Shown: positions 18,527 through 28,474 of the stretch, in pieces
Layout: the number at the start of each line of letters is the position of its first letter
Numbering within the stretch: the stretch's first letter is position 1
Source of the DNA: an uncultured Gammaproteobacteria bacterium
GTDB lineage: Bacteria > Patescibacteriota > Microgenomatia > UBA8517
Direction of reading: 5' to 3'
Length of the DNA stretch: 64,000 nucleotides
Assembly: GCA_964431555.1 (NCBI GenBank)
Contig: CAYSJW010000004.1
Span: forward strand, 9,951-73,950
Position numbers and translations under genes: made by a program
The notes under the pieces: generated by a model
Told to the model about the DNA's origin: nothing
Database searches by the model: none
What the model saw: only the letters and a program-made list of their open reading frames with translations

Positions 18527-19798
18527 TTAGGGCAGAAGTTCTCGAATAGTGTTAATTAATTTACCTAAAATCCCTTTTGATGGGAGTTTAAACCTCTTTG
18601 AAAAACTTGTCAATGACTCTTCTGGTTCTTTTGCTGCAGCATAGAGAATTAACCCCACTGGATTTGCAAAACTGGGATTTATGATATCATCAATTAAACC
18701 ACTCACACCTTTAGGTTTTCCTGTTCTTACAGGTAAAAGAAGCATTCTTTTGGCCGAATCACTGATTCCCACAATTTCAGCCCCTCCCCCGGTTATAATA
18801 GCCCCTGCAGGAATTTGATTTATCAAGCCTTCCCTCTCAAGCGCCATTCTTACCATTGTAAAAATTTCATTCAATCTCGGTTTTATTATACCTTCAGTCA
18901 AAGTTTTCCTAGATATCTTCTTACTATCCGTTACTCCCAAAGAGAATAAATCAAATTCGTCAGACTCTTCCTTAGACTTTTTTGACTTTTTCTCTTCTTC
19001 AGAAAGAGCTAATTTTATCTTTTCGGCTGTTTCAATAGAAACCCTAAGACCTATTGCCAAATCGTTGGTAACGTTTTTTGCCCCCACTGGCAATACCCCA
19101 GAAAAAGACAACGAACCATCCACATAGGCAGCAATGGAAGTCGTTCCTCCACCAATATCAATCAAAACACAACCAAGTTCTTTTTCAGTTTTTGTTAATA
19201 CTGAATAACTCGCAGCCAAACCTGAAAAAACAAGTTCAGAAACATTAATACCAACTTCATTTACCGCTTTTCTTAAATTTTTTAAAGAAGATGAAGAGGC
19301 AGTGATAATATGGGTATTAACCTCCAAGCGAACACCGCTCATTCCCACAGGATCCTGAACACCCGGCTCTCCGTCCACGATGAACTCACGAGGAATGACA
19401 TGTATTATTTCTCTTGAAGAAGGTAATGAAATAGCACTCGCCGCCTCGATAACCCTGTCGACATCCTCGCTGGTAATCTCTCCCTGAGGATCAGAAATTG
19501 CAACCACGCCGTGCGAATTTTGCGAAGCAATATGTGCACCACCAACCGAAATATAAGCAGTTTCAAGATTATATCCCGCCATTCTCTCCGCCGCTTCAAC
19601 TCCGGTAACGATGGCATCAACCGCTTCTTCAATATCGACAATCTGTCCCTTTCTAACTCCCTTGGAATCAACAGAAGATACTCCTACTATATTTACTGTT
19701 TTTTCAAAATTTACTTCATCAGTTACCACCTGGGCAACAAGGGTAGCTATTTTTGATGAACCTAAATCTATTCCTGCTATAATTCTATTTTTAGACAT
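18527..19798 (-). CDS. ftsA: Cell division protein FtsA
   Basis: GIDLGSSKIATLVAQ actin-like fold. It lies directly upstream of ftsZ. Confidence 0.85.
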   Translation of the reverse strand: MSKNRIIAGIDLGSSKIATLVAQVVTDEVNFEKTVNIVGVSSVDSKGVRKGQIVDIEEAVDAIVTGVEAAERMAGYNLETAYISVGGAHIASQNSHGVVAISDPQGEITSEDVDRVIEAASAISLPSSREIIHVIPREFIVDGEPGVQDPVGMSGVRLEVNTHIITASSSSLKNLRKAVNEVGINVSELVFSGLAASYSVLTKTEKELGCVLIDIGGGTTSIAAYVDGSLSFSGVLPVGAKNVTNDLAIGLRVSIETAEKIKLALSEEEKKSKKSKEESDEFDLFSLGVTDSKKISRKTLTEGIIKPRLNEIFTMVRMALEREGLINQIPAGAIITGGGAEIVGISDSAKRMLLLPVRTGKPKGVSGLIDDIINPSFANPVGLILYAAAKEPEESLTSFSKRFKLPSKGILGKLINTIRELLP

Positions 19799-20498
19799 TC
19801 TTTCTTAGAACCGGATTTTTAAACCTTAAGTCAATGACTTTTAATTCTCCTATTGTAATTTTAGAGTCAATTTCTTCTTTCTTCAACTCATTTAATATTA
19901 AAGTAAGAGCACCCAAAAGAAAATCCCTATCTTCATCAAGTGGAAACAATACGACTTTGTTTCCGGCTAAATTAATTCTTAAATAACCATTCTCTATGTA
20001 AGCCTTTTCCAAATTGGAAATCAAAGATGTTCCATAAATAAGCTCAAGAGCCAAAAGTTCCTCTTTTCTCAAAAAACTTCCAACTTCAGGTAAATTTCCC
20101 TCTACAAAATATCCAGGTAAACTACTTCTATCCTTCACTTCTAAAACCAAACCATCTGCATCTACCTGAACTGTAAATTCTTGACTTAAACTTTTTATCG
20201 AATATTTTGGTTTTTTCTCAATCACATACAATCTGATCCCAGAAGGCAATGCATAGTTTAAAGAATACTTATCAACCAATAAAACATTCGACATTTTATC
20301 TTTAATTAATCTCCCACAGATCCTAACTTTGCAATCCACTACATCTGAAAGACTTTGTTTAACAACCATCGAGCACTCACCATACTGGTTACGACAAGTA
20401 ATTTCTCTAATCCTTATATTACTAAAGTAATTCACTAAGAAAAAAGACAAAAAAATTATTAAAATAAGCAATCCATATTTTCTAATTTTTCTTCTCAT
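19791..20498 (-). CDS. ftsQ: Cell division protein FtsQ/DivIB
   Basis: N-terminal TM plus a POTRA-like region. Position is between murG and ftsA. Confidence 0.55.
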   Translation of the reverse strand: MRRKIRKYGLLILIIFLSFFLVNYFSNIRIREITCRNQYGECSMVVKQSLSDVVDCKVRICGRLIKDKMSNVLLVDKYSLNYALPSGIRLYVIEKKPKYSIKSLSQEFTVQVDADGLVLEVKDRSSLPGYFVEGNLPEVGSFLRKEELLALELIYGTSLISNLEKAYIENGYLRINLAGNKVVLFPLDEDRDFLLGALTLILNELKKEEIDSKITIGELKVIDLRFKNPVLRKNV

Positions 20499-21613
20499 AA
20501 ATAATCTTCTAACAAAGAAATAATTTTTTTGGCTGCAAACTTATCAGGATTTTCAAATTTAACAACCGATTTAAAAATTGCACTCCAATTTTCAGACAAA
20601 TATGAAACTTTTTCTAATAAGGTATTGGGGGTCAGTTCGCTTTGATTTATTATTAACGAACCAGCGTATTTTTCTGCAAAGATTGCATTTCTATATTGTT
20701 CATTCAAATAAGATATAGGTAAAGGTATCAATATTGAAGGTTTTTTAGAATAAACAATCTTTGAAACAGTATTTGCTCCTGCTCTTGAAATTAAAATATC
20801 CGATTGATTAAATATCTTATTATAGACTTTAGGATCCAATACTCCATAAACAAAATAATTCCTTAAATATTTTTTTTCCAATTTAGCGCGAATCTCTAAA
20901 AATTTATCTTCATCTTTTAAACCTGTTTGATGTATTACTTTATATTTCTTTAAAAGCTGGGGTAGAATTTCAGCGACATTATCGTTTATAATTGATGAAC
21001 CCGATTGTCCTCCTGTAACAAAAATGGTTTTAGGTTTAGACAAACTTGAATGGCTACTTTTTTTAATTAAATCACTCGGTAAAGGATTGCCCGTTAAGAC
21101 AATTTTGTTTTTTGGAAAATAATCTTTACTTGTCTCTCTCGAAATAGCTATTTTGCGGGCAAAAAATGAAGAAAACCTATTCGCCCTTCCAGCAACTGAA
21201 GTTTGTTCATGAATAACAATCGGAATACCCAAAAAATATGAAACTAAAACGACTGGAAAAGCAGAAAAACCGCCGAATGACAAGACAACATCTGGTTTGA
21301 TTTTCAAAATAAGAATAAAAGCATGTATAAAGCCTATAGGTATTTTAAGAATCGAAAAAATTGTATATCTGGTCCACCTTCTTTGAATTCTGCCTACAAC
21401 AATTGAAAATGTCTTGACTTTATATTTCGGGAAATACAAAGATGAAAGTGTTAAATACTTTTTACCTTCAAAAGAACTTTCAGGACCTATCCAAAAAACA
21501 TCCCAAGGTTTTGCTTCCTTTCTTATTTCCTCAATAATCACAAAAGCAGAAGAAGCTGCATGTCCGCCCGTGAGTAAAATTCTTTTTTTAACATTATCTA
21601 ATTTTTTTACCAT
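20495..21613 (-). CDS. murG: MurG, UDP-GlcNAc:lipid I GlcNAc transferase
   Basis: LLTGGHAASSAF, HEQTSVAGRANRF, TGGQSGSS motifs. Confidence 0.8.
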   Translation of the reverse strand: MVKKLDNVKKRILLTGGHAASSAFVIIEEIRKEAKPWDVFWIGPESSFEGKKYLTLSSLYFPKYKVKTFSIVVGRIQRRWTRYTIFSILKIPIGFIHAFILILKIKPDVVLSFGGFSAFPVVLVSYFLGIPIVIHEQTSVAGRANRFSSFFARKIAISRETSKDYFPKNKIVLTGNPLPSDLIKKSSHSSLSKPKTIFVTGGQSGSSIINDNVAEILPQLLKKYKVIHQTGLKDEDKFLEIRAKLEKKYLRNYFVYGVLDPKVYNKIFNQSDILISRAGANTVSKIVYSKKPSILIPLPISYLNEQYRNAIFAEKYAGSLIINQSELTPNTLLEKVSYLSENWSAIFKSVVKFENPDKFAAKKIISLLEDYL

Positions 21614-22697
21614 ATTTAGATATATTTAAAAGTATTCCACAAGCAAAAAGCAATGAAACCAAAGAAGAACCGCCGTAAGATATAAACGGAATTGGCACTC
21701 CTGTTAATGGAACTAAAGCCGACATTGCCGCAATATTCAATATTGTTTGTCCTCCTATCCATGAAATAATTCCCAAAGAAAAAATTCTCGAAAATGTGTC
21801 TGGTGCATCTACAATTATTTTATAACCCCTATATATAAAATATGAAAAAATTAATATTATTACTACACTCCCCATAAAACCAAATTCTTCAGCTAAAACT
21901 GCAAAAATAGAATCCGTAGCAGTTTCAGGCAAAAAAAGGTATTTTTGTTTGGAATTACCCAAGCCAACTCCCCAAAACCCACCCGAACCCAACGCCAAGA
22001 GAATTTGGCGAATGTGATAAGATTTTCCCAATGGGTCTCTTGTTTGTTCTAAAAAGGTTAATAATCTCTCTTTTCTATAATCCGAAAAAAGAATCAGTAA
22101 AGTCGTAATTCCACCACCGCCTAAAACCAAAATAAAAAACTGAAACAGGTTTATCCCAGCTACAAACATTTGAGTTAATCCTATACCCACAATAATTAAG
22201 GCAGTACCCAAATCTGGTTGCAATACGATTAAGAAAGCTGAAATCAGCAATGGCAAAAGATATGAAAAGATTCCCTTTCCCTTTTCAGCCACCTTAGCAA
22301 TATACATAGAAAGAGTAATTTTCAAGAATTCAGAAGGTTGGAAAGAGAAGAAGCCTAAATCTATTCTTCTTTTCGCCCCTAGTGCACTTATTCCAAAGCC
22401 AGGAATAAGTATTAAAAAAAGAAAAAATAAATTTAGTAAAAAAAGAAGTGGCCCAAATCTTTGCCAGATTTTATAATTTATATTACTAGCAACAATTAAA
22501 AGAAAAAAACCAATCAAAGCAAAATAAAACTGTTGCCTGGCGAAGAATAGTTTATCGGAAAAATTTCTTGAGGCAATCGGCGCTGAAGCATCAGCAATAG
22601 CTATAATCCCAAAAGAAGTTAAGACCAAAACACCAATTAAAAAATGTTTGTCAATTGTTTTAAATAATGACTTTTTATCTTTTTTGTTTTTATACAC
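21594..22697 (-). CDS. ftsW: FtsW (SEDS-family lipid II polymerase/flippase)
   Basis: Ten TM helices; C-terminal GVPIPFISYGGSSLVS SEDS motif. Confidence 0.8.
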   Translation of the reverse strand: MYKNKKDKKSLFKTIDKHFLIGVLVLTSFGIIAIADASAPIASRNFSDKLFFARQQFYFALIGFFLLIVASNINYKIWQRFGPLLFLLNLFFLFLILIPGFGISALGAKRRIDLGFFSFQPSEFLKITLSMYIAKVAEKGKGIFSYLLPLLISAFLIVLQPDLGTALIIVGIGLTQMFVAGINLFQFFILVLGGGGITTLLILFSDYRKERLLTFLEQTRDPLGKSYHIRQILLALGSGGFWGVGLGNSKQKYLFLPETATDSIFAVLAEEFGFMGSVVIILIFSYFIYRGYKIIVDAPDTFSRIFSLGIISWIGGQTILNIAAMSALVPLTGVPIPFISYGGSSLVSLLFACGILLNISKYGKKIR

Positions 22698-22709
22698 ACT
22701 TTTAATTTT

Positions 22710-23765
22710 TTATATCGCAGCCAACCAAAGACCAAAGATAGCCAAAATTATCCCCACAAGCCATGCTCTCATGACAATTTTTGGTTCCTCCCATCCTCTG
22801 GCCAAAAAAGCATTGTGAACAGGAGCCAAGGGCAATAAAGGCTTCTTCATAAACTTCCATCCAAACATTTGTATAGCAGAACTGGCAATCTCAACCAAAA
22901 ATACTCCTCCAATCACTATCATAGAGACTATACTACCTGTTAACAAACCAATAACCGCTATCATTGCTCCAAAAGATAAAGCTCCTGCATCTCCCAAATG
23001 AATTCTAGCCGGCCAGATATTGAAATAGCCAAATGCTAGTATTGCTCCCAACCACAACGATATAAAGGATATCAAGGGGGTGTCCAATGAACCGGCGGCA
23101 ATAGTTCCAAAAGCAATAAGATAGATAACCAAAAGGCCTGTTGACAATCCATCCAACCCATCAGTTATATTGAACGCATTTGTAAATGCGACAATAAATG
23201 TGGAAGCAAAAAAAAGATAAAAAAATTTCAAATTCACAACATAATCAAACAGAGGCAAATGAAGTATTGATATACCCAATCTTTTGTACAAAACAAAACT
23301 TACAATAAAAGCAAGAACCCACTGGAAAGCGAATTTTTGACGCCTCTTTAAACCAAAATACATTCCTAAAACCCCTGGACTTGGTTTTCCAAACGTTTTC
23401 ACTAGATCGTCAAATAAACCTAACAATCCAAACGAAATAAAGGTAAAAAGGATAATAAAAACTTCAGTTTTAAAATTATGAAAACTTCTTATATAAACCC
23501 CCATTCTAGATGCAAAAGGAAAAAGAAGAATAAACATAATTGAAACAATAAAGATTATAAGTATTCCACCTCCCACCGGAGTTCCTGCTTTTCTGTCATG
23601 TAGTTTATCAAAAAGAGGAACTTTTCCCTTAATAGGAGCCTCCTTCTTCCTGGTTAAGTGCAGTTTATATAATATATTTATAAAAGGAACAATTAACAAA
23701 GATGTAATCAGAAAAGAAAAAAGTATTAATCCTAAAGCTAAGGGCAGGCTGGTGATACTAGACAT
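22710..23765 (-). CDS. mraY: MraY, phospho-MurNAc-pentapeptide translocase
   Basis: NAFNITDGLDGLSTGL and the HNAF...GW regions. Confidence 0.85.
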   Translation of the reverse strand: MSSITSLPLALGLILFSFLITSLLIVPFINILYKLHLTRKKEAPIKGKVPLFDKLHDRKAGTPVGGGILIIFIVSIMFILLFPFASRMGVYIRSFHNFKTEVFIILFTFISFGLLGLFDDLVKTFGKPSPGVLGMYFGLKRRQKFAFQWVLAFIVSFVLYKRLGISILHLPLFDYVVNLKFFYLFFASTFIVAFTNAFNITDGLDGLSTGLLVIYLIAFGTIAAGSLDTPLISFISLWLGAILAFGYFNIWPARIHLGDAGALSFGAMIAVIGLLTGSIVSMIVIGGVFLVEIASSAIQMFGWKFMKKPLLPLAPVHNAFLARGWEEPKIVMRAWLVGIILAIFGLWLAAI

Positions 23766-23897
23766 AATCCGGATATTATTATATCAACTTTCCTAGGGAT
23801 ACTCTATAGATAAAATCCTTACAAATTTTAAGATCTTTCATACCCTTACACACCTTCTAAATTCCTGAAGTAATTCAATAATTAATACATTTTATAA

Positions 23898-24920
23898 CTA
23901 TAAATGTCTAAATTTTTTCCTCATCATTTCAAAAACAAAAGTAAACCAATAAAGGTTTTTCACAGGTAAATCATGTGCATGCAACCAATCAATCCTTTCT
24001 CCTCCAAAACCTTTTTTAAAAAGAGTAACTCCCCAGAATCTGTGTTTAGGATCATCTTTCGAAGAAATTCCCCAAAAATCGTAGTATCTCATACCCAGAG
24101 ATTTTGATTTTTTTATTATCTCCCATTGCAAATAATAAGATGCATTGGTTTTAAGGGATTGATAAGAAGATCCGCTGTAATGGTAAAATGATTTCCCCGC
24201 ATAAAATACTATCAATGCACTAGCAAGTAAATTTTTTCCCTTTCTACATTCAAAAAGCAATGCTTGTTTGTCCTTTGAAAACACTTCCAATTCTGAACGT
24301 AATAAAACCTCCCTAAACCCTACGAATTTATGTCGCTTTACCGTTTCGTTTTGTAAATTATAAAGAGATTTTATTCTCTTCGTATCGGAACTTACTATAA
24401 CTTGATATCCTTCTCTCAAACTCTTTTTTATCAAATATCTAGTTGTTTTCCTCATAGCTTTAAGTATTTCATCTTCACTTTTTTTCAAATCTAAAACTAG
24501 AGTATTTTCACCGTGAACATGCATGGGGGCCGAAATCAAACCCATTCTTTTTAATAAAGTTCTTATATCAGGATTGTCTTTAATATCCGGCCTTATTCTT
24601 ACAAACCAAACTCTTTCTTTTTTTGCCAATTTTTCTAATTCTTGTATAACGAACCTTAATAATTCTTTATCATCATAATCTATAACCGGACCGCCGGGTA
24701 TTAATAAATGTGAACCTCTTTTTGCTGGTTGGTGAATAATCAGAGCACAACCTACCAATTTTTTGCTTTTATAAAAACCAAGTCTAAATATTTTAAAACC
24801 AACCTTTTGATTAACTTCACCCCAATTCCAAGATTGCAAAAATGTTCCAGGATTTCTGGAAAGCAAAAAATCCTCCCATTCCTTTTTACTCTCTATTTCC
24901 TTTGTTTCGAAATTGTTCAT
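23898..24920 (-). CDS. FemAB-family aminoacyl transferase (FemX-like, peptidoglycan stem-peptide branching)
   Basis: N-terminal FLQSWNWGEV and YYDFWGIS motifs typical of the FemABX family. 340 aa. Confidence 0.55.
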   Translation of the reverse strand: MNNFETKEIESKKEWEDFLLSRNPGTFLQSWNWGEVNQKVGFKIFRLGFYKSKKLVGCALIIHQPAKRGSHLLIPGGPVIDYDDKELLRFVIQELEKLAKKERVWFVRIRPDIKDNPDIRTLLKRMGLISAPMHVHGENTLVLDLKKSEDEILKAMRKTTRYLIKKSLREGYQVIVSSDTKRIKSLYNLQNETVKRHKFVGFREVLLRSELEVFSKDKQALLFECRKGKNLLASALIVFYAGKSFYHYSGSSYQSLKTNASYYLQWEIIKKSKSLGMRYYDFWGISSKDDPKHRFWGVTLFKKGFGGERIDWLHAHDLPVKNLYWFTFVFEMMRKKFRHL

Positions 24921-26161
24921 TTAATTAAACTAATAATATATTTAGCCTCGTTTATTCCAATTCCCTCATAAGTTGGCAAATTCAATATTTTTCCCCTAAT
25001 GCTTTCAGCATAAGGGCAAGAACCGATTATATAATCCACCTGATTGAGATTCTCTACCGGATAAACACAATCTTTATACCAATCTCCCAAAATAACACCT
25101 TTTTGTTTAACCTTCTTCAAAATCTCTTCTGCGTTTTCTGCAACTATAGGAAATCTCACCCATATCGCTCCTTTCACCCTAGGAGGCAATATATATCTGC
25201 TACTCTTTAAACTCCTAAAATAGAAATCAGCGATATTTCGCCTATGTAAATTAAAGAGATCAAGTTTTTTTAATTGATTGAGCGCTAATACTGATAAAGC
25301 ACCAGGAAGTTTAGTAGGAAACACTTTAGGTTTTCGGGAAAACTTTTCTTCCTTATAAATAGATTTAGACAAAAGGTGTAATTTCTGTAAAACAAAAATG
25401 ACGAATTTTCCTAAAGTAAATTTGGAAATGCCAAAATTATAAAAAGGCAAAATCAAAAAAAAGATTATCGGATGCAAGAGTTGCTGAACTAACCACCATG
25501 GCCTAGGATATTCAAGATTCTCACGTAATTTCAAAAGAGACTTATAAGTATTCCTATCTTTACATAAAATCATACCGCCAAAAACGGATGAAATTACCTT
25601 ATCTCTTCCAAAACTAAAAAAGGATATATCGCCTAAAACTCCCACTTTTCTACCTTTGTACATTGCTCCCAAGGAAAGTGCACAATCCTCTATCAAATAT
25701 ATCTTTCTCTTACTCTTCTTTAAAACCTTTTTAATCGCATCATAATCTGCTGGGATACCAAAACTATTTTGTAAAATTACTGCCTTTGTATTTTTACTTA
25801 TTTTCCTGGTTAAATCTCTAGGATCCATATTAAAATTCTTTTCCACATCAACATATACAGGTTCCGCCCCCACCCATTTAATTGAATTCGGAACAGCCAC
25901 GCAAGTTAAAGATTGAATAATAACTTCATCTCCATAACCAATATCCAAAGATTTAAGGATTAGATATAATGCACTTCTTCCACTATTTACAGCCAAAGCG
26001 TAGTAATTTCTACCAAAATAATCTGCAAACTCTTTTTCCAAAATTTCGGTTTTAGTGAAATCATACCAATACACAGGATTAAAAAACTGCTTTATCGCCT
26101 GTAAAAAATCATCTTTTTGAAGGTTTGGTGATAAGGATATAGCTATTGGTCTTTTCATCAT
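24917..26161 (-). CDS. DegT/DnrJ/EryC1/StrS-family PLP-dependent sugar aminotransferase
   Basis: NSGRSALYLIL, GDEVIIQSLTCVA, IEDCALSLGA, FFSFGRDKVISSVFGG (PLP Lys). There is a hydrophobic stretch in the C-terminal half. Confidence 0.65.
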   Translation of the reverse strand: MMKRPIAISLSPNLQKDDFLQAIKQFFNPVYWYDFTKTEILEKEFADYFGRNYYALAVNSGRSALYLILKSLDIGYGDEVIIQSLTCVAVPNSIKWVGAEPVYVDVEKNFNMDPRDLTRKISKNTKAVILQNSFGIPADYDAIKKVLKKSKRKIYLIEDCALSLGAMYKGRKVGVLGDISFFSFGRDKVISSVFGGMILCKDRNTYKSLLKLRENLEYPRPWWLVQQLLHPIIFFLILPFYNFGISKFTLGKFVIFVLQKLHLLSKSIYKEEKFSRKPKVFPTKLPGALSVLALNQLKKLDLFNLHRRNIADFYFRSLKSSRYILPPRVKGAIWVRFPIVAENAEEILKKVKQKGVILGDWYKDCVYPVENLNQVDYIIGSCPYAESIRGKILNLPTYEGIGINEAKYIISLIK

Positions 26162-27735
26162 TTACTAAAATACTCAACCACTTTAGGTAATCTTCCTTCT
26201 ATTAAAACAGAATCTTTTTCTTTAATTTCTTTTTCCAGATAATCTATGATTCTCTCCTGATCCCTGATATAAATAAGTTCACATCTTCCTTTTATACCCT
26301 TGCTTAAGGGCTTGAAAAAATCTCCATTACGTAAAATAACTATATCAGCATTTTTTCCTATCAAATCACCCAAATTTTCGTGTACAGTATCAGATTCCTT
26401 CCCCAATTCTATAATACCCGTAGTTACAATAATTTTCCTTCCTGAAGATACACTAAATAAAACTTCCAAAGCCGCCTTAAAACCAGAGAAAGATGAATTA
26501 TAAGAATCATCAATAAGGGTAATCCCTTTCTTAATCTTTGTAATATTTAAAGTACCATCCGGAAGATAAAGCTTTTTAGATTCTCTTTCAATTTCTCTCC
26601 AGCCAATACCAAACATTCTCGCTGCCAAAATCACACCAGTTAAATTCTGAATAAAACTTTTTGAAACAATGTTGGTTTTAATCTTTTTTCTTTCATCAAA
26701 AACTTTAATTGAAAACTCTATACCATCATCTCTCAAAATCTCTACTTTAGAAAAGGCTGAATATTTATGATCTCCCAACTTACTATCATTTCCTACAAAA
26801 TATGTAAAACATTTTATGTTTTTTCCTAATTTTTCTGCTCTTTCTACAAATTCCAAAGCCAAATAACTATTTGCATTGACAAACAACATTCCGCCATCTT
26901 TGAGTGATTCCACAAGTTCGAACTTCGCCCTTTTTAAATTTTCAATATTTCCAAAAATATCCAAGTGTTGAGGTTCTATACCAGTTATAAAAGCTGCTTC
27001 TGGTTTTATTATTTCTGCAACTTCTCTAATTTCACCGATTTTATATGCGCCAATTTCTGCAACTAAAAACTGATGATCTTTGTTTAAATAATTATTTACT
27101 CTCCTTAAAACACCAAAAAAAGTATTTTGATTTTTTAATGTTGACAATACATTATATTTTGTACTCAATATTTGAGTAAGAAAATCCTTCGTTGTTGTTT
27201 TTCCATAACTGCCAGTTATTCCGATGGTAATCGGATTATATTTACTTATAACCTTAATTGCTTTTTCTCTCTCCATTCTTTTAGCCCTTCTGACAAGAGG
27301 AATTGTTAAAAAAATACCCAGAAATGGAGTTAAAATCAGCAAAATTTCCCCCAAAAAAAATGTTTTGGAAATTGAAATCTTATTAAAATATAGAAAACAA
27401 AATGTTAAAATTAAACTAAATAAACAAACTAACCATATATTTTTTATTCTTTCAGTTATTTCAGGTCTTCTTAAATTTCCAAGTAAAATATTTTTTAAAA
27501 AGATAGTATCGAAAATCAAAAAAACAAAAATTAATAGAAGAAAATTCGGATTTAAAAGTATAATCGAAATTTTAATAATAATACCAACAACACCTAAGTT
27601 TAACCTACCTTCTCTTAATTTCATAAATGAAAAAAATCTGTCCAGCCTGTATTCTTTAATCTGCAGCCAATAAGTCCAAGTCAATAATTGTTGAATAGCC
27701 TGAGGTAACCAGGATAAAAAAATAAAAATTTCCAT
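26158..27735 (-). CDS. murF: MurF-like Mur ligase with an N-terminal ~155-aa multi-TM domain
   Basis: ITGSYGKTTTKDF (P-loop at aa ~170) plus Mur ligase central and C-terminal domains. The N-terminus has three or more hydrophobic helices in place of the usual MurF N-domain. Confidence 0.55.
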   Translation of the reverse strand: MEIFIFLSWLPQAIQQLLTWTYWLQIKEYRLDRFFSFMKLREGRLNLGVVGIIIKISIILLNPNFLLLIFVFLIFDTIFLKNILLGNLRRPEITERIKNIWLVCLFSLILTFCFLYFNKISISKTFFLGEILLILTPFLGIFLTIPLVRRAKRMEREKAIKVISKYNPITIGITGSYGKTTTKDFLTQILSTKYNVLSTLKNQNTFFGVLRRVNNYLNKDHQFLVAEIGAYKIGEIREVAEIIKPEAAFITGIEPQHLDIFGNIENLKRAKFELVESLKDGGMLFVNANSYLALEFVERAEKLGKNIKCFTYFVGNDSKLGDHKYSAFSKVEILRDDGIEFSIKVFDERKKIKTNIVSKSFIQNLTGVILAARMFGIGWREIERESKKLYLPDGTLNITKIKKGITLIDDSYNSSFSGFKAALEVLFSVSSGRKIIVTTGIIELGKESDTVHENLGDLIGKNADIVILRNGDFFKPLSKGIKGRCELIYIRDQERIIDYLEKEIKEKDSVLIEGRLPKVVEYFSK

Positions 27736-27738
27736 AAT

Positions 27739-28449
27739 TTAGACAGTTGTTTTATACCATAAGTCGATATTCTTTGCTAAATCCTTGGGTTTTTCGTAAG
27801 GAAGTCGATGCCCCTGATCTTCGAATATAATAAGATCGCATTTCCTAACAAGTCTTTTAGCTAAAAGAGCATCTTTAATGGGAGTTATCCTATCTTTATT
27901 TCCCCATAAAATTAAGGTAGGTATTTTTATCAATTGAAGTAATGGACTTAAATCCTCCGAAATTATCCGTTTGAAAATCTTCTTCATTATTCCCTGAGCC
28001 TTTTCATAATCATGTTCACCGGCAGCTTTATAAAGAAGTTTCCTAAATTCATAAGCTAAGGGTGGAATAAATACAAAAATTTTGCCAGCCTTAGCCAGAA
28101 GATTGAAAATAAAGCGTTTCAAAAACTTCCCTCTTCTTATACCTCTTGCAGCACATAATATAACAGCCATTACATTCTTTTTTTCTGAAGCAATTTTTAT
28201 TGCCACCCCTCCTCCAAAAGAGTGGCCAAAAACTAAAAAATTTTCATCCCGAAAATATTTTCTTGCTTTCTCATAAAGATAATCAGAATAATCCTCAATT
28301 CCCCAGACTTTTACAGGGGCAGGTTTCTCAAATCCCGGCAATTTGGGTAAAAATACTTTCCAGCCTAATTTTTCCAACTCCTTTTTCAGAGGATAAAGTT
28401 TATTTTTACTTGCCCCCCAACCATGAATAAGCATTATTCTTTTATACAT
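27739..28449 (-). CDS. Alpha/beta hydrolase
   Basis: MLIHGWGAS and GHSFGGGVA (GxSxG nucleophile elbow). Confidence 0.55.
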   Translation of the reverse strand: MYKRIMLIHGWGASKNKLYPLKKELEKLGWKVFLPKLPGFEKPAPVKVWGIEDYSDYLYEKARKYFRDENFLVFGHSFGGGVAIKIASEKKNVMAVILCAARGIRRGKFLKRFIFNLLAKAGKIFVFIPPLAYEFRKLLYKAAGEHDYEKAQGIMKKIFKRIISEDLSPLLQLIKIPTLILWGNKDRITPIKDALLAKRLVRKCDLIIFEDQGHRLPYEKPKDLAKNIDLWYKTTV

Positions 28450-28474
28450 AAAAAATTTATCTATTCAAAAAAAT

